A DNA stretch of 64,000 bases from Yuukianura sp. NJ FZ-2021 (GCA_046563655.1 CM102285.1:11718001-11782000); one strand, 5' to 3'. Shown: positions 1 to 24,230, counted from the stretch's first letter. Notes: generated by a model not told the origin, from the sequence alone. Translations and numbers: made by a program.

Positions 1-1002
1 TAATCGAAAAGAAGACCAAGAATGCAATCCAGTGGAAGTGAGTTTGACTGTTCTAAATAATAAGATCAATTGAATTGAAGTGTTAAACACTGACTAATTA
101 TCATTTTCGTTTCTTGCAGGGGAGCTAGTCCTGGTACAAATACAGAAGAATTTGTGGCGAGAGTAGAAAGGCTAAAAGATGAAGTTCGAAAATTAGATGT
201 GATAGAAAAAGATATAGACAAGCACAGAAAGGTAAATAAGCACAAGCAGTGATTACTTTGCTGCAAAGCTGCAATCTTTCAAAAACCAATCATTCATGAT
301 TTAGAATGTTACAAACATTTTGTATTTGTTCACTACTAGTGGCTGGAGCAAAGTCTAAAAAATGTAACCGAAGAGCCTGACAACATGAGGTTCGCGTACA
401 TTCGAGAAGAAGATATGATCGAGGCGTTTCCAGACCAAACAATCCTCACTGTAAAACTTCCAAAAGATGTCCAGATGGAATTACCTCCAGGAGAAACAGT
501 AAGGAAAACAAAAATCACAATTGCTCGATTGCCACATTGATTTGTTTAGCTCAGGATTTACTTGCCCTTGTTTCAGGTTGGTGATGTTTCTAAGTACAAG
601 ATTCGATTTAAAGCCACGAAAGAGCCAATATTCGCCTACCTCGTGAATCCTGAATTAGAACCTCCAGGAGTAACACTTGAATTTGCTAAAAATCAAAGTT
701 CAAACCCTGCCACTGATCCGAATTCGGAAGAACCGATGGAGGAGGATGATGTAGCCGCAGAACTTCCAGATGGCTTTACTTCAACTTCGCGTAAGTTTAA
801 CTTCATTTTCAGCTATTTCATCTAAAAACTGATAATTTGAGGCACAACACATCTAACCCATAATAATTTTTCAGTTGTCGGTCCCATCCTGCGCCTGAGT
901 CCACCTCCAACTGAATTAGACTACAGCTTTACTTTGGCAGTACATGAAGGGCTCATGGATTTATATGATCTACGGAAACCAATTAGTTCTACAAGTGGTT
1001 GA
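1..1002 (+). CDS. E2F: E2F transcription factor (E2F4/5-like), 3' part; the gene starts upstream of the window
   Basis: Spliced exons 1-37, 120-231, 340-498, 577-790, 875-1002, all GT-AG. They give IEKKTKNAIQWKG (end of the DNA-binding domain), a coiled-coil/marked box (WLEQSLKNVTEE..FAYI) and a C-terminal pocket-protein-binding motif LRLSPPPTELDYSFTLAVHEGLMDLYD. TGA at 1000-1002. Confidence 0.9.
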
Positions 1003-1943
1003 CGTCTATCACAATATTTCCATCTTGCGCGACCTTCTGAATTACCTTAATTGTTAACTCTATAAGGCACAACTTCTAGCGTGATCTTCGTAACCTGCGG
1101 GTTGAACTATTTTCGAATCAAGATGAAAGTAGCTGGAAGGAAACAGCGATTGGTTATCCAAATTCTTCCAGAACCGGAATCAAGAAGATCGGTACATTTT
1201 CCCAGTCCTTCTCGGGTTTAGGGATTGTCTTTGTCACCTCACACAGCCAATATTACGCTAGTATCTAAGTTTTATTTAGAATGTTCTCATAATGCTTTCT
1301 GTCCTGTTAACTTTTGTAAACAATTAATTTATCTGTTTTAAAAATTTAGAAGAAGAATTAAATGTAAGTTGAGATTTCACAACTTCGCACTTGGAGGTTC
1401 GTTGAACCCAATAATTCAATAATTTTATAGCTAGACAATATGACGCATTTTGTCTTATTATTACAAGTTAGTCTGAAAACCTACATTAGTAAAAGTATTA
1501 TGATAATCTTAATTGTAATTAACTGTTAATTAAATCGTGGTGATAATGAATTATCTCAGGCGTCTTTTAGTTTGGCGCGAGTGGAGTCACAGATGATGAA
1601 GTTCAAAAAGAGCCAATGGGATTTCAACGCATGTGTTAAGCCTTTTTTCTGCATGAATTTGTGACACGACACACAAAACTCATTTTAATTGTCATTTTCA
1701 CACTCAGCCGGTCAGTATCAGTAATTCAATTACTAATCGTAGTTTCTGACGGTCTCTCATTTCCTTAGTCTACAAAGATCTAAATTAAAAGGTCAATCAG
1801 ATATCCAACTACCAAGTTTCGTTACATTCTGTTGGACGGGAAAATATTTTTTCAAGACCCAAGATCTCTCTTGTCGTGTACCGGTCTCATTGAATACTGG
1901 AATTTGAAACGGAAACGACGTTAATCGATTGAAGGAATTCAAA

Positions 1944-2762
1944 ATGAAGCACGTTAACTTTGTATTATCGATACTAGCCGTAACGTATGTCGGATTTGCA
2001 GCTGGTACCCTCAAAGGAGATGATTGTGAAGGTAAATTTGAGCGGCTACTACATTAATTTCCTGCGGTGGTTATTAATACTAAGGATTAAACATACTCGT
2101 TAGTGTTTAATCATACTTACATAGTTTTTAATCGTTACTTTCTTTGTTTGCAGTGTGCATAAAGACATTAGAACACTTTGTGGAAACACTGACGGATCCA
2201 GAAAAGACAAACCATGAAAAGATAGAAAATAAGTTCAAAAAGTTTTGCAAGGACACCAAAGGAAAAGAAAACAGATTTGTAAGTTACGCCTTTCTCCTTA
2301 TTCACCGATTAAGCTACGTTCCTTACTTAAAGCATCACGAATGTTTAACATTGACAACGTATTATAGTGCTACTACTTGGGCGGACTCGAAGAATCGGCT
2401 ACAGGGATTCTGAATGAAATGTCCAAACCACTGTCCTGGGGAATGCCTCCGTCGAAAGTCTGTGAGAAACTGAAGAAGAAGGACAGTGCTATCTGTGAGC
2501 TTCGATTCGGTATGGCATCCAGTCCTTTAGTTCTTCTAAACTAAATTGTTTTAATTACGTTTCCCGTAATTAACAACTGAATTATCCTTTATCTCTAGAC
2601 AAATCCATCGACCTCAAGACTGTGGACTTGAAGAAGCTGAAAGTACGAGATTTGCGCAAGATCCTCAGTGGGTGGGACGAAGATTGCGATGGCTGTATTG
2701 AGAAAACCGATTTCATCAAACGTATTGAACTTTTGAAGCCTAAATACGTCCGAGATCTATAA
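1944..2762 (+). CDS. MANF: Mesencephalic astrocyte-derived neurotrophic factor (MANF/ARMET) homolog
   Basis: Four exons (~1944-2031, 2154-2278, 2369-2509, 2599-2762). Signal peptide, [58 protein letters not shown] and a KDEL-like C-terminus VRDL*. Confidence 0.95.
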
Positions 2763-3607
2763 TTTCATAAACCTAAAATCCGTTGTTCCTCGACCTCGAA
2801 ACAACTTTCACATTCTCTTGTTTCATTTCCCAATTCGCTCATGATTTCGGTGTACACTGCAAATGGTCTGGTGAAGTGCTTAAATTATTAATAATTACAT
2901 TTTACGTTAGTCAAGAACTAAGTTTCTTTCAGCTAAAGCCTGGAATTAGAACGTAGCTGGAGAATTGGTGAACATCAATTATTTATGGTCTACTTCTAGG
3001 TTTTGCCTCTAAAAGTATTCTTTGTTTACACAGGAATCATTGGTTTTCATTTTTAGTTAACTCTTATGCAGATTATTTGGTGTACTTAGCTAATTCAAAC
3101 TGTGGTATTAGTCACTAAGGAATAAGAACTGTTAAGTCTGGATTAATTACTCGATGCATTTTTTAATCTAATGTAAACCAAATTTGGTTTCGAGTCTGTT
3201 TGCCTAAACTAAATTAGCTAAACACGTTAAACATCAAAACTTATTTAGAAAGCATTATTGTAGTGCTTGCGTTGATTTCCTTGGTGTTTAGGCAATTCCT
3301 TTATGCTTTAGTGTCGTTGAATTGAATTTCTGTAATGAGGCGAGAAAAGTTAGCCATTGTTAGGTTTCAACTACCCTTGCATAGTGTTAGAATTAGTTCT
3401 AAATTGGTGAAACAAAGTTTAGAGAGTCAGAGGTGAAAGTTTCAGGGAAAAAGAGAAAGTTAGGAAAAAGAGCGGAGGCTGGTAGGTGGTGAAAGTCTGG
3501 TTTTTCCTAAATAAGGCCCTTTGGCATCCCACAGAACACATTTAGTCGGGGTTTTGGTTCTGGGAGGATCACATCTTCCGGTTGCTTTCTCTAATCCAAA
3601 ATCTACG

Positions 3608-13688
<10,081 letters not shown>

Positions 13689-16600
13689 AACCGACGTCTG
13701 TTGCCAGAGCTGACCTCGGACCTGATTCTGATTTCTTTTTGAATTCATAAACATACGAAGAGAGTTAGTTTGTTTCCGGCAACTGGATGAGGCAAAAATT
13801 AAAAAAGCTTTATAGAGTAACCGAGTAACCGAAAAACTTCACTACGCTTATACCCTTCAGTTGCTTTCCTAAACACCTTCGTGCGATGTGTCCTGTTTGG
13901 TTAAAGATGTTAAATATTTTAAAAACGGTATTAAATTATTTTGCTGTGTACTCAACATGTTGGTGGCATTGATTAAATGTTAAAAAATTCGAAATTATAA
14001 TAATATCTTGAGACATCCTTGTCACAATATTGTCTTAACTTCTCTTACCTCAAGCATTTTGGACATTTTGAAGTTCGGAGAAAGCTCCTGGCGAAGAGTA
14101 AACCAAAATGAATAGATCAAAGGAATTTGGAAGATAGAAAATTAATAAGATCCGAACAACAACAGAACGAACAAAGCAGTTGTCTATGTAACAAAAAGAG
14201 TTACCGTTTCATGTATATTGAAAAAAAAATACATGGACAAACAACCGATGTCACGAATTCTTACAAAATTATTTGAGTCACGTTGTTCCCAACATATTTG
14301 AGTCACGTTTTTTTAACTCCCTTGGAATTTGGAAGTCTATCAGACCTATAGTCTAACACGCAACGCAGGATAAAGCTGACAACGCAAACGTTCCAATCAG
14401 TACAATTGCAAAAAACAACAACTATCCAGTTGCCAAAATTTGGATGTAGCAAGATGCAGTTTAGTACACCTTGTATTTCACAATTTCAAGTTGAGCTCAC
14501 AGATTCTAATGTTGAAGGATTTTATTTTCTAGTACAAGAGCTAATCCTTGTTCTTAACGAATCCAGAAAATCCAGAATCCTGTGGAGATAGCTTGACTCT
14601 GCTGACAAAGCATGGAGAAAGGAGCTTTAAAAACGAAGAACTGACTTCTGTTCTAACAGACTCAAAATGAAGAAAATATAAAATGTCAACGGAAGAGGAT
14701 TGCTGGCCATGTCAATTTCGTTTTCTCGTTTTTGTTATCTTTGGTTTTCTTTTTTGTACCCACAGTAGTTGAATTGAAAGACTTCCAGCGTAGCTTGTTC
14801 CTTGGTGAAAGTGAACGATAAGGAAGAAAGGAAGTGGAAAGTGTGGAGAGGCCACTTCAGAAAAGCCACTGGCATTTTCCTTTGGCTTCCAGAAGAAAAG
14901 CTTCCTTAGCTTACAAGGGAGTCCACAAGAGACAACTTAACTATGAAGAAGATCGAAATAAAATTTTGTCATTTCCGCAATTCCCTCCAGGAAGAAGAAA
15001 GTGATGTCCAGGATAAAGGGAGCTTCCTATGTGTGGTCATAAAGAGAAAAGTTTTTGTGAGAAAAGCGTCGAGTGAAAGCAGTGAAGCGTTATGAAAGCT
15101 TTCATCTTCATTTAACTTTTTCCCATTTCAAATCTGATAACATCGCATTCAGTATAGAGTCTGTTAGTCCAAAAGGAGTAAAATATGAACTTTTCGGACT
15201 AAAGTAGTCCGAATATAAGCTCTAACCAAGACTAATATCGATCTTAAACAAAGTTTAAGGACAAGTTCCGGCATCTCATCAAGTGAAAGTGGGAGGTACT
15301 TAAAAGTGAAGTACTAAAGAGTAATGAAAATGGACATTTTCCAAGGGAAACTATAAAAGCAATAAAATAGTGCACTGAAATGAAAGTGAATTCTGATGAG
15401 TTTCTTATGGGAGTCGATTTTGATGAACCTTTGAAATGAAGGGTTGTGAACTAGGGCGGAACGGTTTGGCAATTTCCATCAGCCTTTGAGTGCTGTTTGG
15501 AAGTGATAATCATTCAGTCGAAAGTTCAGATTTTAATTGCGTTTCAGCTTCACTTGGCTTCACATTACTAAGAAATCGTAATTACAATTTTCGAAAATTT
15601 CGGACTTTCGCAACTAGTGCTCAATCCATAGCTTCAGGCAGAAGCATGATGCGCATTTTGTTTAGAAGATAGTGCAATAAATGTTTAAACAACAAGTAAA
15701 CTGCCCCCTGTCATGAATTTCAATTTTTTGCTTTCTCTCAATCGATCACTTTAGAAAGTAACAAGGTTGTTCCGCCGACTGTGATTTTTGTATGAATTTG
15801 AGAAGGCAAAACTCGTTTTTGAACAAAACTAGCAAACTTTCCTTTGGATATTTTCCAGGAAAAGCACGTAGCATTGGACAACAGCAGCAGAAGGCCACCC
15901 GCCGTGCTTAAGGAGATGCAATAGACTGAAAAAACATGTTACAGAAATCTTTGTCAAAAATACGGGATTTACTTCCTTCTCAACTTTTGATGTTCTGGGA
16001 ATAAAGTTTTCATTCCATAAGCTGAATGAATGTCTCAAAACTTCAAAAACTTTTTCAGAATGACGAAAACCTTTTGGCTCGAGCCCAAAATTTTCAATAG
16101 AAAGAGGACGACACGAGTGAAAATGATAGGAAATGTTGCAGGAGTTGACAAAAACTGATTTCATCAAACAACTTCTTCGAATCTTATGTTAGTCATTGTA
16201 TGTAAAAAAAAGTTTTCACTTTTAGACAAATTTTTCAAAATCTCGAAAAAAAAATTTCGGACTAAAAATTAAGAGAATTTTTGAAAACTGCGACAACGAG
16301 CAATAACTTTAAGAATATTTCACTGAGATTGCCGAGCTAAATTTCGTATTTACTCTACCCGGCTTCGAGGCTCATCAAATTTTCAAAATTCATAAAATAA
16401 AAAAGCAAAATTGAAAAATAAACTTTTGAAATTTTGAAATGTGATTTATGTCAATTTTTTCAAGAGGATGTAGCGGAAATGAATAATGGTATGATCCTGT
16501 ATTCCGTTTCATTGGCTTGGAAAATTGCAAACTGTACTGGCTGTTCACAGCAACCCAAAGATGAACTACAAAACGCGTTTCAATTTCAATTTTGATATAA

Positions 16601-16970
16601 AATCCCTGCAGGAAGGCTGATACGATTATTTGGCAACATTTTCTAAAAACGTGCGGTTTTCCAAAATAAAATGAAGAGGGATGAATCGAAGTGAAAGTTC
16701 GTAGGAGGCATAAAATCCTATGCGACAACTCTGACGCTTCCGTTAGCCAAAAATCCCATTTCGTAAAATCCTTCCAACTGGAAAACAAAACCCACGACAT
16801 CAAATTATTTTTGGCTTTGGTTTTGCTGCAGTCAAAATCAAAACAAGGCAAAAACTCCATCGTATCCTTGTAAATCAAGTCTTTGCTTTACTGGTTGTTC
16901 ATTAGAACTAATTACAGGAGAGGAATCCAATAACCTTGACAGAACTTATGTTTTGTGTGGGATTAATTAA

Positions 16971-19900
16971 CTAAAGTGGATTTGGAGGACGTGGGATGCT
17001 GCGCAAGTAACTTGAAACTTTTTTTTGTTCATATCCAGGAGGTGGTTTGACAATTAGCAGTTCATGGTCATCGTCATCGGAAGATTTTTGGTTGTTCTGT
17101 TTTCCGAGGTCGCCTTTTCCTGCAGAAGCTACGTCACCACCGATCAAACAGAAATCGGAGCTTGCTGGCTTCCAAAAGTTATCATCCCAACCACGTTCCC
17201 GGGCATCCAAGTTTTTGGTAGTGAGCTTAAGGACTTTTGGGCGTGGACGAGGGCCCTTGGGTGTCTTTGGCTTGGATTCCTTCAAAATCTTAAACCGAAA
17301 TGGAACTTTTGCTGGACTGCAAGCTGTAGGAGCCAATGGCTTGTCCTTGTTTGGAACTTGAACAAGACAAGGAGTCTGTGAATTTTTACCACGAAATTTT
17401 TCTGAATCTCTGACAGGACTCTGGTATTCCGCTTCTTCTGCATCAATTGAATCGTTTGGTGAAAAATCAAATTTCTGATGCCTTTGTTCAAGCTTTTCAA
17501 CTTCCCCTGCGGGTCCACTTCTAGGCTGATTTTGATCTTCAGAAAATTCTATCGACGATTCTGAAGCCAAACGTTGAAGAAACATTCCATTTGTCCAGAA
17601 ATCCTCTTTGGATTCATGTTTACTCATCTCCGACTTGCGCGGACCTACAACTCTACCGTACAAGTTATTTTGAGTAGGTTTTCGGGTAGTAGAAGCTGCA
17701 ATCTTAGTTTGAGGATTTGGACAACCTTGATTTTGAACTGGCTTTTTGATTTCTCCGACCGTTGATTTCAAAATTTTGGGTGGGTTTTTGTCTCCAGTAG
17801 GATTTGTGTCAGCTATAGCTTGAGTTTGCATTGAAATCAACTTTTGGAAATTTGAAAGTGGTTGAGTATGCTTCGGGGGTTGGACTTGAATTTCCTTGGC
17901 AGATGTTGACAAAATTTGCAAATGGGAAATCTTTGGTTTTTCAAGAGAAAGTTGAGGTGAAATCGAGGTCTTCGCAAACATTTGCGTCGAAGTAAATCTA
18001 TTTTGGAGAGAGTCAGGTTCTATTTTCGTTTTGGTTCCTACTTTTTGTTTGCCAGAATTGACTTCTGTTCCAGAATTTACTTCAGCCTTGATGGTCTGTT
18101 CTACTTTGACTAGCGGCTTTGGCATAGCTTCAAATGTTCTGGTTTTCGGCTGCGCAGCATCTTTAGCTATGCTTTTGGCAAAGCGTTTTTGGTCATCGGC
18201 AAAGTCTTGAACGGGTTTCGGGTCAGAGGTCACCGAATTTTGTTTTCGCTCTTGACAAGGATGCGAAGATTTTGAAACGATAGATATTGGAGTGCAGGAT
18301 ATTTCCGGCGAGTTTTTCATTTGGTTTTTGTAATTTTTAACACACTTTTTCTTCCGTTTCTGCAGAACTTTTTTCACGGGAATTACAAATTCATCTGTAG
18401 AAGTTGCAGTAAGTGGCGGAGTTAGTGGATTTGAAAATCCACTTCTATTTACAACTGAAATTTCAGGCGGTTCATCATTTTTTATAGTATCCGGTGTATC
18501 AACTTTTGTAGTTGGGCTTGCTATAGTCGGTTTCATGTCCTCGGAAGTGGGTTGTGTTGTTGTTTTGTTTTCGGCTTTTGACAGTCTTGAATGACCATTC
18601 TCACAACTTTTCAAAGCAGCGGGTGAAAGCTGTTTTTCTGGTGGCGACGGGAGTGACCTTGAAGTGACATTTGGTTGCTTTCGCAGCAGTTCAACTAACT
18701 CCGCTTTGTTATTGTTAATATTCTTGAAGTTCGGAAGGACTGCAGATTCCTTCTGAGCAGATTGATCTCGTTGTCTTCCGGAGTTTCCCATCTCCAACGA
18801 CCCAAAATAATCCGGTTTGGTTACATAATCCGATTTGTCTTTTCTTTCACATAATAAGATTTTCTGAGCCGGTTTTCTCCGAGGTTTCCCCTTTGGCGGC
18901 CTCTTCGGTTTGTCTTCATTTGACGATGAATAATTTGAGTGATACCGCTGCTGTTCATATTGAAATTGCGGTTTTCGGTTTGCTTTTACCGGAACTACGA
19001 CTTTAGTAGAGTAGGTTGTACCACTTTGTGTTTCGTCAAAAGAAACTTGCTTTCCAAAAAGTTCCGGAACTTTGTAGGCCGGAACAAGGTTACGACGACA
19101 GGCTCGTGCAGAACTTTTCTTGGCAGTTTCGTTTTGTTCGTCGCGTCGACGGATCGAAGATGATAATTCTTCTCGATGATGCTCAAAGTCACAGACAACT
19201 TGATTGTTGATACTTGCAGGAACTTCTTTGGCACTTTCACTGGAAGTCTCACTTTCACTTTCAGAACTTGAACAGGAAGGCTCTTCAAACGTGTTCAAAG
19301 AACTTTCTTGCATATCAATTTCATTGTAAAGTTGAGCCGCTGTTTCAAGACTTTCAGCTAGAGATTGAGATTCGGTGTCGGGACGATCAAATTCCACCAC
19401 CGGATTTCTAATCATCTATCCAAAGAATAACAAAATTCAAAAAACTACAAAAGTTCAGTATAGAGAAAGGTAAAACTAAGGGAAAATGAAAATTTTGAGG
19501 TTAATTTAAAAAATATTGACCTGGATCATCTGTAGAACTGATTCGTGACTTGGAAAATCAGGTTGTTCCTCTAATAACTCTTCCATACTTTCACTGAGAA
19601 CAAGATCAAATAGGTTTTGAAGGTGGAGAGTCTTGCGTTTCCTATTTGGAATCCCATGCTTTTGCAGAACTTTCTCCAACGTCTCTGAAAATTGCAAGGT
19701 GTCACGGACAAGGAATTCTCTTTGAAGAAGCTCATTCAAAATTCTGTAGGAAATTTGTTGGTTGAAGTTGGCAAGCCGTTTTTGAGTTCCAAGTTCTCGT
19801 TCCAAATTTTTGTAAAATAAAAATTCAGCAAGAGTTACTGTAAGAAACGGTCTATCTTCGTTGAGCATATGAAGAAAATTCTTTTCTATTAAATCGATTT

Positions 19901-21934
19901 CTTTATCATTGAAAGCCAGAAGCGTCCTTGTCAATTGGACTTGCTCTATGCAGCGTTCGTAGTCGGCTAGGAGTGTAGTGTAATCGCTTTTCAATTTGTC
20001 GAAGATTGACGGAATTCTGCTTTCATTACTTTCTTCTTGTTTGAGAAAAGATAGAAAATCTATTTTCCACTTCTGCCATAGCAAATTCCATTCGGATTCT
20101 TTCGCTAACACGCTAGCATCCACATGAGCTTCTTCCAATTTCTTCTTTTGGCCTACCAAAAATTTCGAAATTCAATTTCAATTTTTTTTTTTGAAGTAAC
20201 TTAGACTTTGAAGTGAGTACATGCAAGTTTTTCAATTTCAAAAATTATTGAAAAATTATCGATGTTTGAGGCTCCTAGTCCTACTCACCAAGTAATTGCA
20301 CAAAATTTTCTAGGGCCTCTGGATTTTGAATTGCTGGAGAAATCGAGTCAAACGAAGGTCCAGTTGATCCAAATCGTTGAAAAAATGGATGCATTTTGTT
20401 TTGTTCCCGTAAAACCATATTTGCTTCCCGTTCCGTTTGTAGTAAAAGTTTCAATTGATGCAGTTCTGCCCGAAGTTCAGCAAACATCCTCTCGTTTTGC
20501 AAAAATGCTGATTGAATTGTCACATTTTTCTTGATTGCGACTCGGATCTGCTTGGCTCTGTCAGCATATCTCAACGTATTGTAACAGTCAGTATAGTTCA
20601 GTAACGTTGGAGCCACATTTGCAATCATCACAGTTTTGCAGTTCCCACCAAGAGAGTCTTTGAGAAGTCGAGTTAACTTGGAGTCACGATATGGAATATG
20701 TTTCTTTCCATCAGCCAAAGCATTAATGCAATTTCCAAGTGCAAACAAAGATCTGTTGATGCTTCGACCTTCACGACATCTTTGACAATCGGAAATTGTT
20801 GTGGTAGAACCGCGTTCACTTCCAGCAAGGTCAACCATAACGAGTTTTGCTTTCACTATTTTGTAATTCAGAGACAAATGAGTAATTCGTTTCCTCAGAG
20901 TCACAAAAACTTGAAAAACGGCATGAGATCGACTAGATTCGGCATTGTGATCTGTAGGGTGTTGCGTTCTGGCGCTGTTTCCAAATGACAACATTCTCAA
21001 AAGGTCACAGGAATCGTTGATTTTGTGCATTGTCAAATTCGGAACGTTGACCCCGCTGAGACCATCTTCACAAATGGACAATTGTCCTGAACACGGGTAG
21101 AGCAAATCTTTGATTGTTTCATTGTAAACTTCAAGGTAAGACACGACCAGTTCCGTTTCAAATTCATTGGCCATTTCCCGGATCCGCTGAGAAAGTTCTT
21201 TTGCCATGAGGAAAGTTAACCCAGGATTTTCTGCTGAGCCAAGCATCGTATAAGTTTTGCCTGACCTAAATTTGAAAACTAAATTAAAAAAATTTCATTT
21301 TTTCGAACTTTCATCTTTTGTCTTACCCTGTACTGCCGTAAGCGAAAACGGAACAATTGAAACCACGTATGACATGGCTAACAATCGGCTTCAGAACGGT
21401 ATCAAAAATTTCCAAATTTGATTGACTTGGAGAAAAGACGTGATCGAATGCAAATCGAAGATTTTTGTTTGGGCGTTGCTTGTAATAGTCAAAAACTTTT
21501 TGGCGCATTCCATGAAAGAAGAATTCAACCGTCTCTTGTTTAGGATCGAACATGAGCGTGCTGGAATCCAGTGCTTTGAGGATTGTAGTCGCTTTTAGTT
21601 CTCGTTCCTGGTCATTCTTTGGTCGTATTCGCACGAGAACTTGGATGTTGTCACGCTCTCGAGGACTCCGTCGTCCATGATCTCCATCGTTGTAGACTGT
21701 ATTTGGGTCAGGAATATTTTCTAAGGACTCTAGACAACATTCATCTAAAGATGATGGGCGCCAAGAGACTTGTTCCTCAAGGGATAAGGGAACTGGACCA
21801 CTACTTTGATCCCCACAGTCACAGATTCTGGAGTTTTTCTTATTCGGTTTGGCACGATTGGGATGACGACGCTTCTTGGCTGCTTTCTCTTCTTTTTTCT
21901 TGACTTTTCTACGACCCATTTCTGCATTATTCAT
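16971..21934 (-). CDS. Kinesin-8 family (KIF18/Klp67A-like) motor with a very long low-complexity tail (~1550 aa)
   Basis: Exons 21934-21327, 21265-20289, 20152-19521, 19415-16971 join in phase. P-loop GSTGSGKT, switch I NAESSRSHAVFQV, switch II DLAGSER and HIPYRDSKLTRLLKDSLGGNCKTVMIAN. RTQHPTD is typical of KIF18-type motors. Linkage of the last exon relies on a weaker GTCAAT donor. Confidence 0.85.
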
Positions 21935-22599
21935 TCCAATTTTGAATAACTCCAAGTCGTCAACACGTCTTCCTTTATAAGCAGCATGGGTCCATAATAG
22001 TAAAAAAATATAACTACGAGGTCAGAGGTCAAGGTCCCCTTCTGTACTTCAAAATATTGTGACCCGTTTTCTGTCAAATAATTTAGAAAAAGAAAGTTAT
22101 TTGATGAGATGAAAGGCTTACAGCTAAAGCAAGTTGCGATAAAAACAAATTTTTTTGGGTCCCGTTTCCATAAGAAAGAGTTTTTCCTTTTGTAAGGCAC
22201 CATTTGTTTGGATTTTTCAAACGATAAAGACGCCAGTTGAAAATTAAAATAAATCGATCGACTTTTGTTTTATATTCTGACATCATCTCAGAAACATAAT
22301 TTTTCATATGGCGTGAAGATAATAGCAGATTTTTTTTTCAGCAGATCAATTTTTGATGTATTGTTTTTATCAAATTTTTGCACTAGTAATGTATGCGAAT
22401 TGGTGTTTTGTAAACTTAAAATGCTCGATAGAGCCGCAGAAATTCAAGAAAATTGAATTTTTTCGAATTTTAACTAAGAATTTAGAACAATAAAAAATAT
22501 GGCTATCGTCAGATTCCTTGCACTGATCCGCCATTTTCTAAAAACTGATTTTCAAAATTTTTGAAAATTCATACAGGAGGAAACGAGTGGTTAACGATT

Positions 22600-24230
22600 C
22601 GGTTTTAATTGTGTTGAAAAACGAAGCGTTCGCTGCGCCTCACAGGGGCAGCAATTTGCGAATTTATGAGAAAATGTTAAGGCGAGATGCAAGGATTAAA
22701 TTGCGAATTTTTGGAGCATTTGATTCCCATAAGACAAGGGAAGCCGCCGCTGGTTGCTTGGAAGAAGTGACAGGATATTCCACAGCACGAGAAGGCTCCT
22801 CTCCCTCCTTTGCCAACGAGAGAAGCTAGTGCGGCAAAATAAAAAAAAAGTTGAGGTGGGCAGGGAGCCTTTCTGGGCCGTAGGATCCCCTTGCAGCTCC
22901 GGTCACTTTTGAAACAGACTCCTCTACTTCTCCATGTTAAATCTCTCTCAGAAAATTTCAAAAAGTCAAAATCTTAAAAAATTCATAACTTTGGAACAGA
23001 AAGCGATAGAAAGCTAAACTCTTCGTGCCACAACTCAGAAAAACATGAAGTATTTTCAAAAACTTAAAAAAAAAATTTGAAAACAAAGATTGAAATTTTG
23101 AAAACTTTGAAAATTCATAACTCGGGAACGGAAAATGACAAAGAGGAAAACTCTTCGGGCGTAAACTCACAACTGCAAGTAGTATTTAATAAAATTTTAA
23201 AAACGTAGCCTAGAAATTTGACCAAATTTCGAAAAAAGATGATGGACTATAGTCCAGGGAGTTTTTTTCCAATTTTTTTTTCGTTTTCGGGATTTAAATA
23301 ATTTTAGAAGGTGCTTCATATCTATAGATGTTCTGACGTGAAGGACGAGTGCTGCAGCATCATCCAGTCCAAAGTTATAAATTTTTGAGATTTTGAAAAT
23401 TCATATCTCTGGAACAAAAACCAATAGAAAGGTAAAGTCTGCCTGACCATCATATGAAGAATCGTTTGAAATTTTAAAACATCCGAAAACTAACAAAAAG
23501 AAATTGGTAAAAAAAGTCCCTGGACTATGGTCATGCTTTTTTTTTTCTTTTTTTTTTTCCAAATTTGGCCAAAATTTTAGGGTACTTTTTTAAATTTTAA
23601 AAAATACTACATCCTTTTATGAGTTCAGACCCGGAGAGCTTACCTTCCTATCGCTTTCCATCCCAGAGTTGTGAATTTTCAAAGTTTTTGAATTTTTGAA
23701 CTTCAGTTTTCAAAAACCATTTTTTTTCAAATTTCATCAAAACTTTGATGGTGCGTTTCTTTGCAAAATTTTTACACTATATTATGTAAAAAGATGTTTT
23801 GCAACTTGAATCGAGCGATAGCGCAGCAGAAATCGCTGCAGAATTGAAATTTTTAGAATTTTTAAAAAAGGGAAGAAATTAGGAATTGTGCTTGAATTTC
23901 TGGAAGTTTTTGAAGAGTGTTTTCCATAGGAAGCCTTCGAGAGAGCAGAAATTTAGATCGGAGATTATGCGGCCCAAAGAGGCAGATAGGAAGGCTCCTC
24001 TGTAGAATTTTTTTTCCCACAAAAAGTCCAGCGGCGGCAAAAGGTTGAAAAAGGTGAGGAGCCTTTTTGTGTCGCCTAATCTCCGCATAGCTCCGCACAG
24101 TTTTCAAGCAAGCTCCTCTGCCTCTCACAATGGAAAATCTCTTTCACAAAATTCAAAAACTTTAAAAATTCGTATCTCAGGAACGGAATACTTTAAATTG
24201 CCATTTTTTTCGCAAATTGATTCACAATGA
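22600..24230. repeat. Degenerate repeat cluster: diverged direct repeats plus a ~200-bp-arm inverted repeat (old MITE/foldback-like)
   Basis: ~22860-23000 resembles ~24055-24190 in the same orientation. ~23095-23270 is approximately the reverse complement of ~23510-23690. A motif like AAAATTCATAACTC.GGAAC recurs near 22978, 23110, 23397 and 24165. Confidence 0.65.

Noticed and set aside
1571..1632. E2F-like TTTGGCGC and a near-ERSE (CCAAT..CAACG) upstream of MANF
   Set aside because: The ERSE spacing and sequence do not match CCAAT-N9-CCACG; short motifs alone are insufficient.
15829..16878. 112-aa and 162-aa minus-strand ORFs downstream of the kinesin
   Set aside because: Non-ATG starts, F/L/K-biased composition typical of AT-rich non-coding DNA and no motifs; probably UTR or intergenic.
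17047..19411. Many short ORFs antisense or frame-shifted to the kinesin tail (likewise within VARP, p62, RBM12 and AP1G1)
   Set aside because: Shadow ORFs of real exons.
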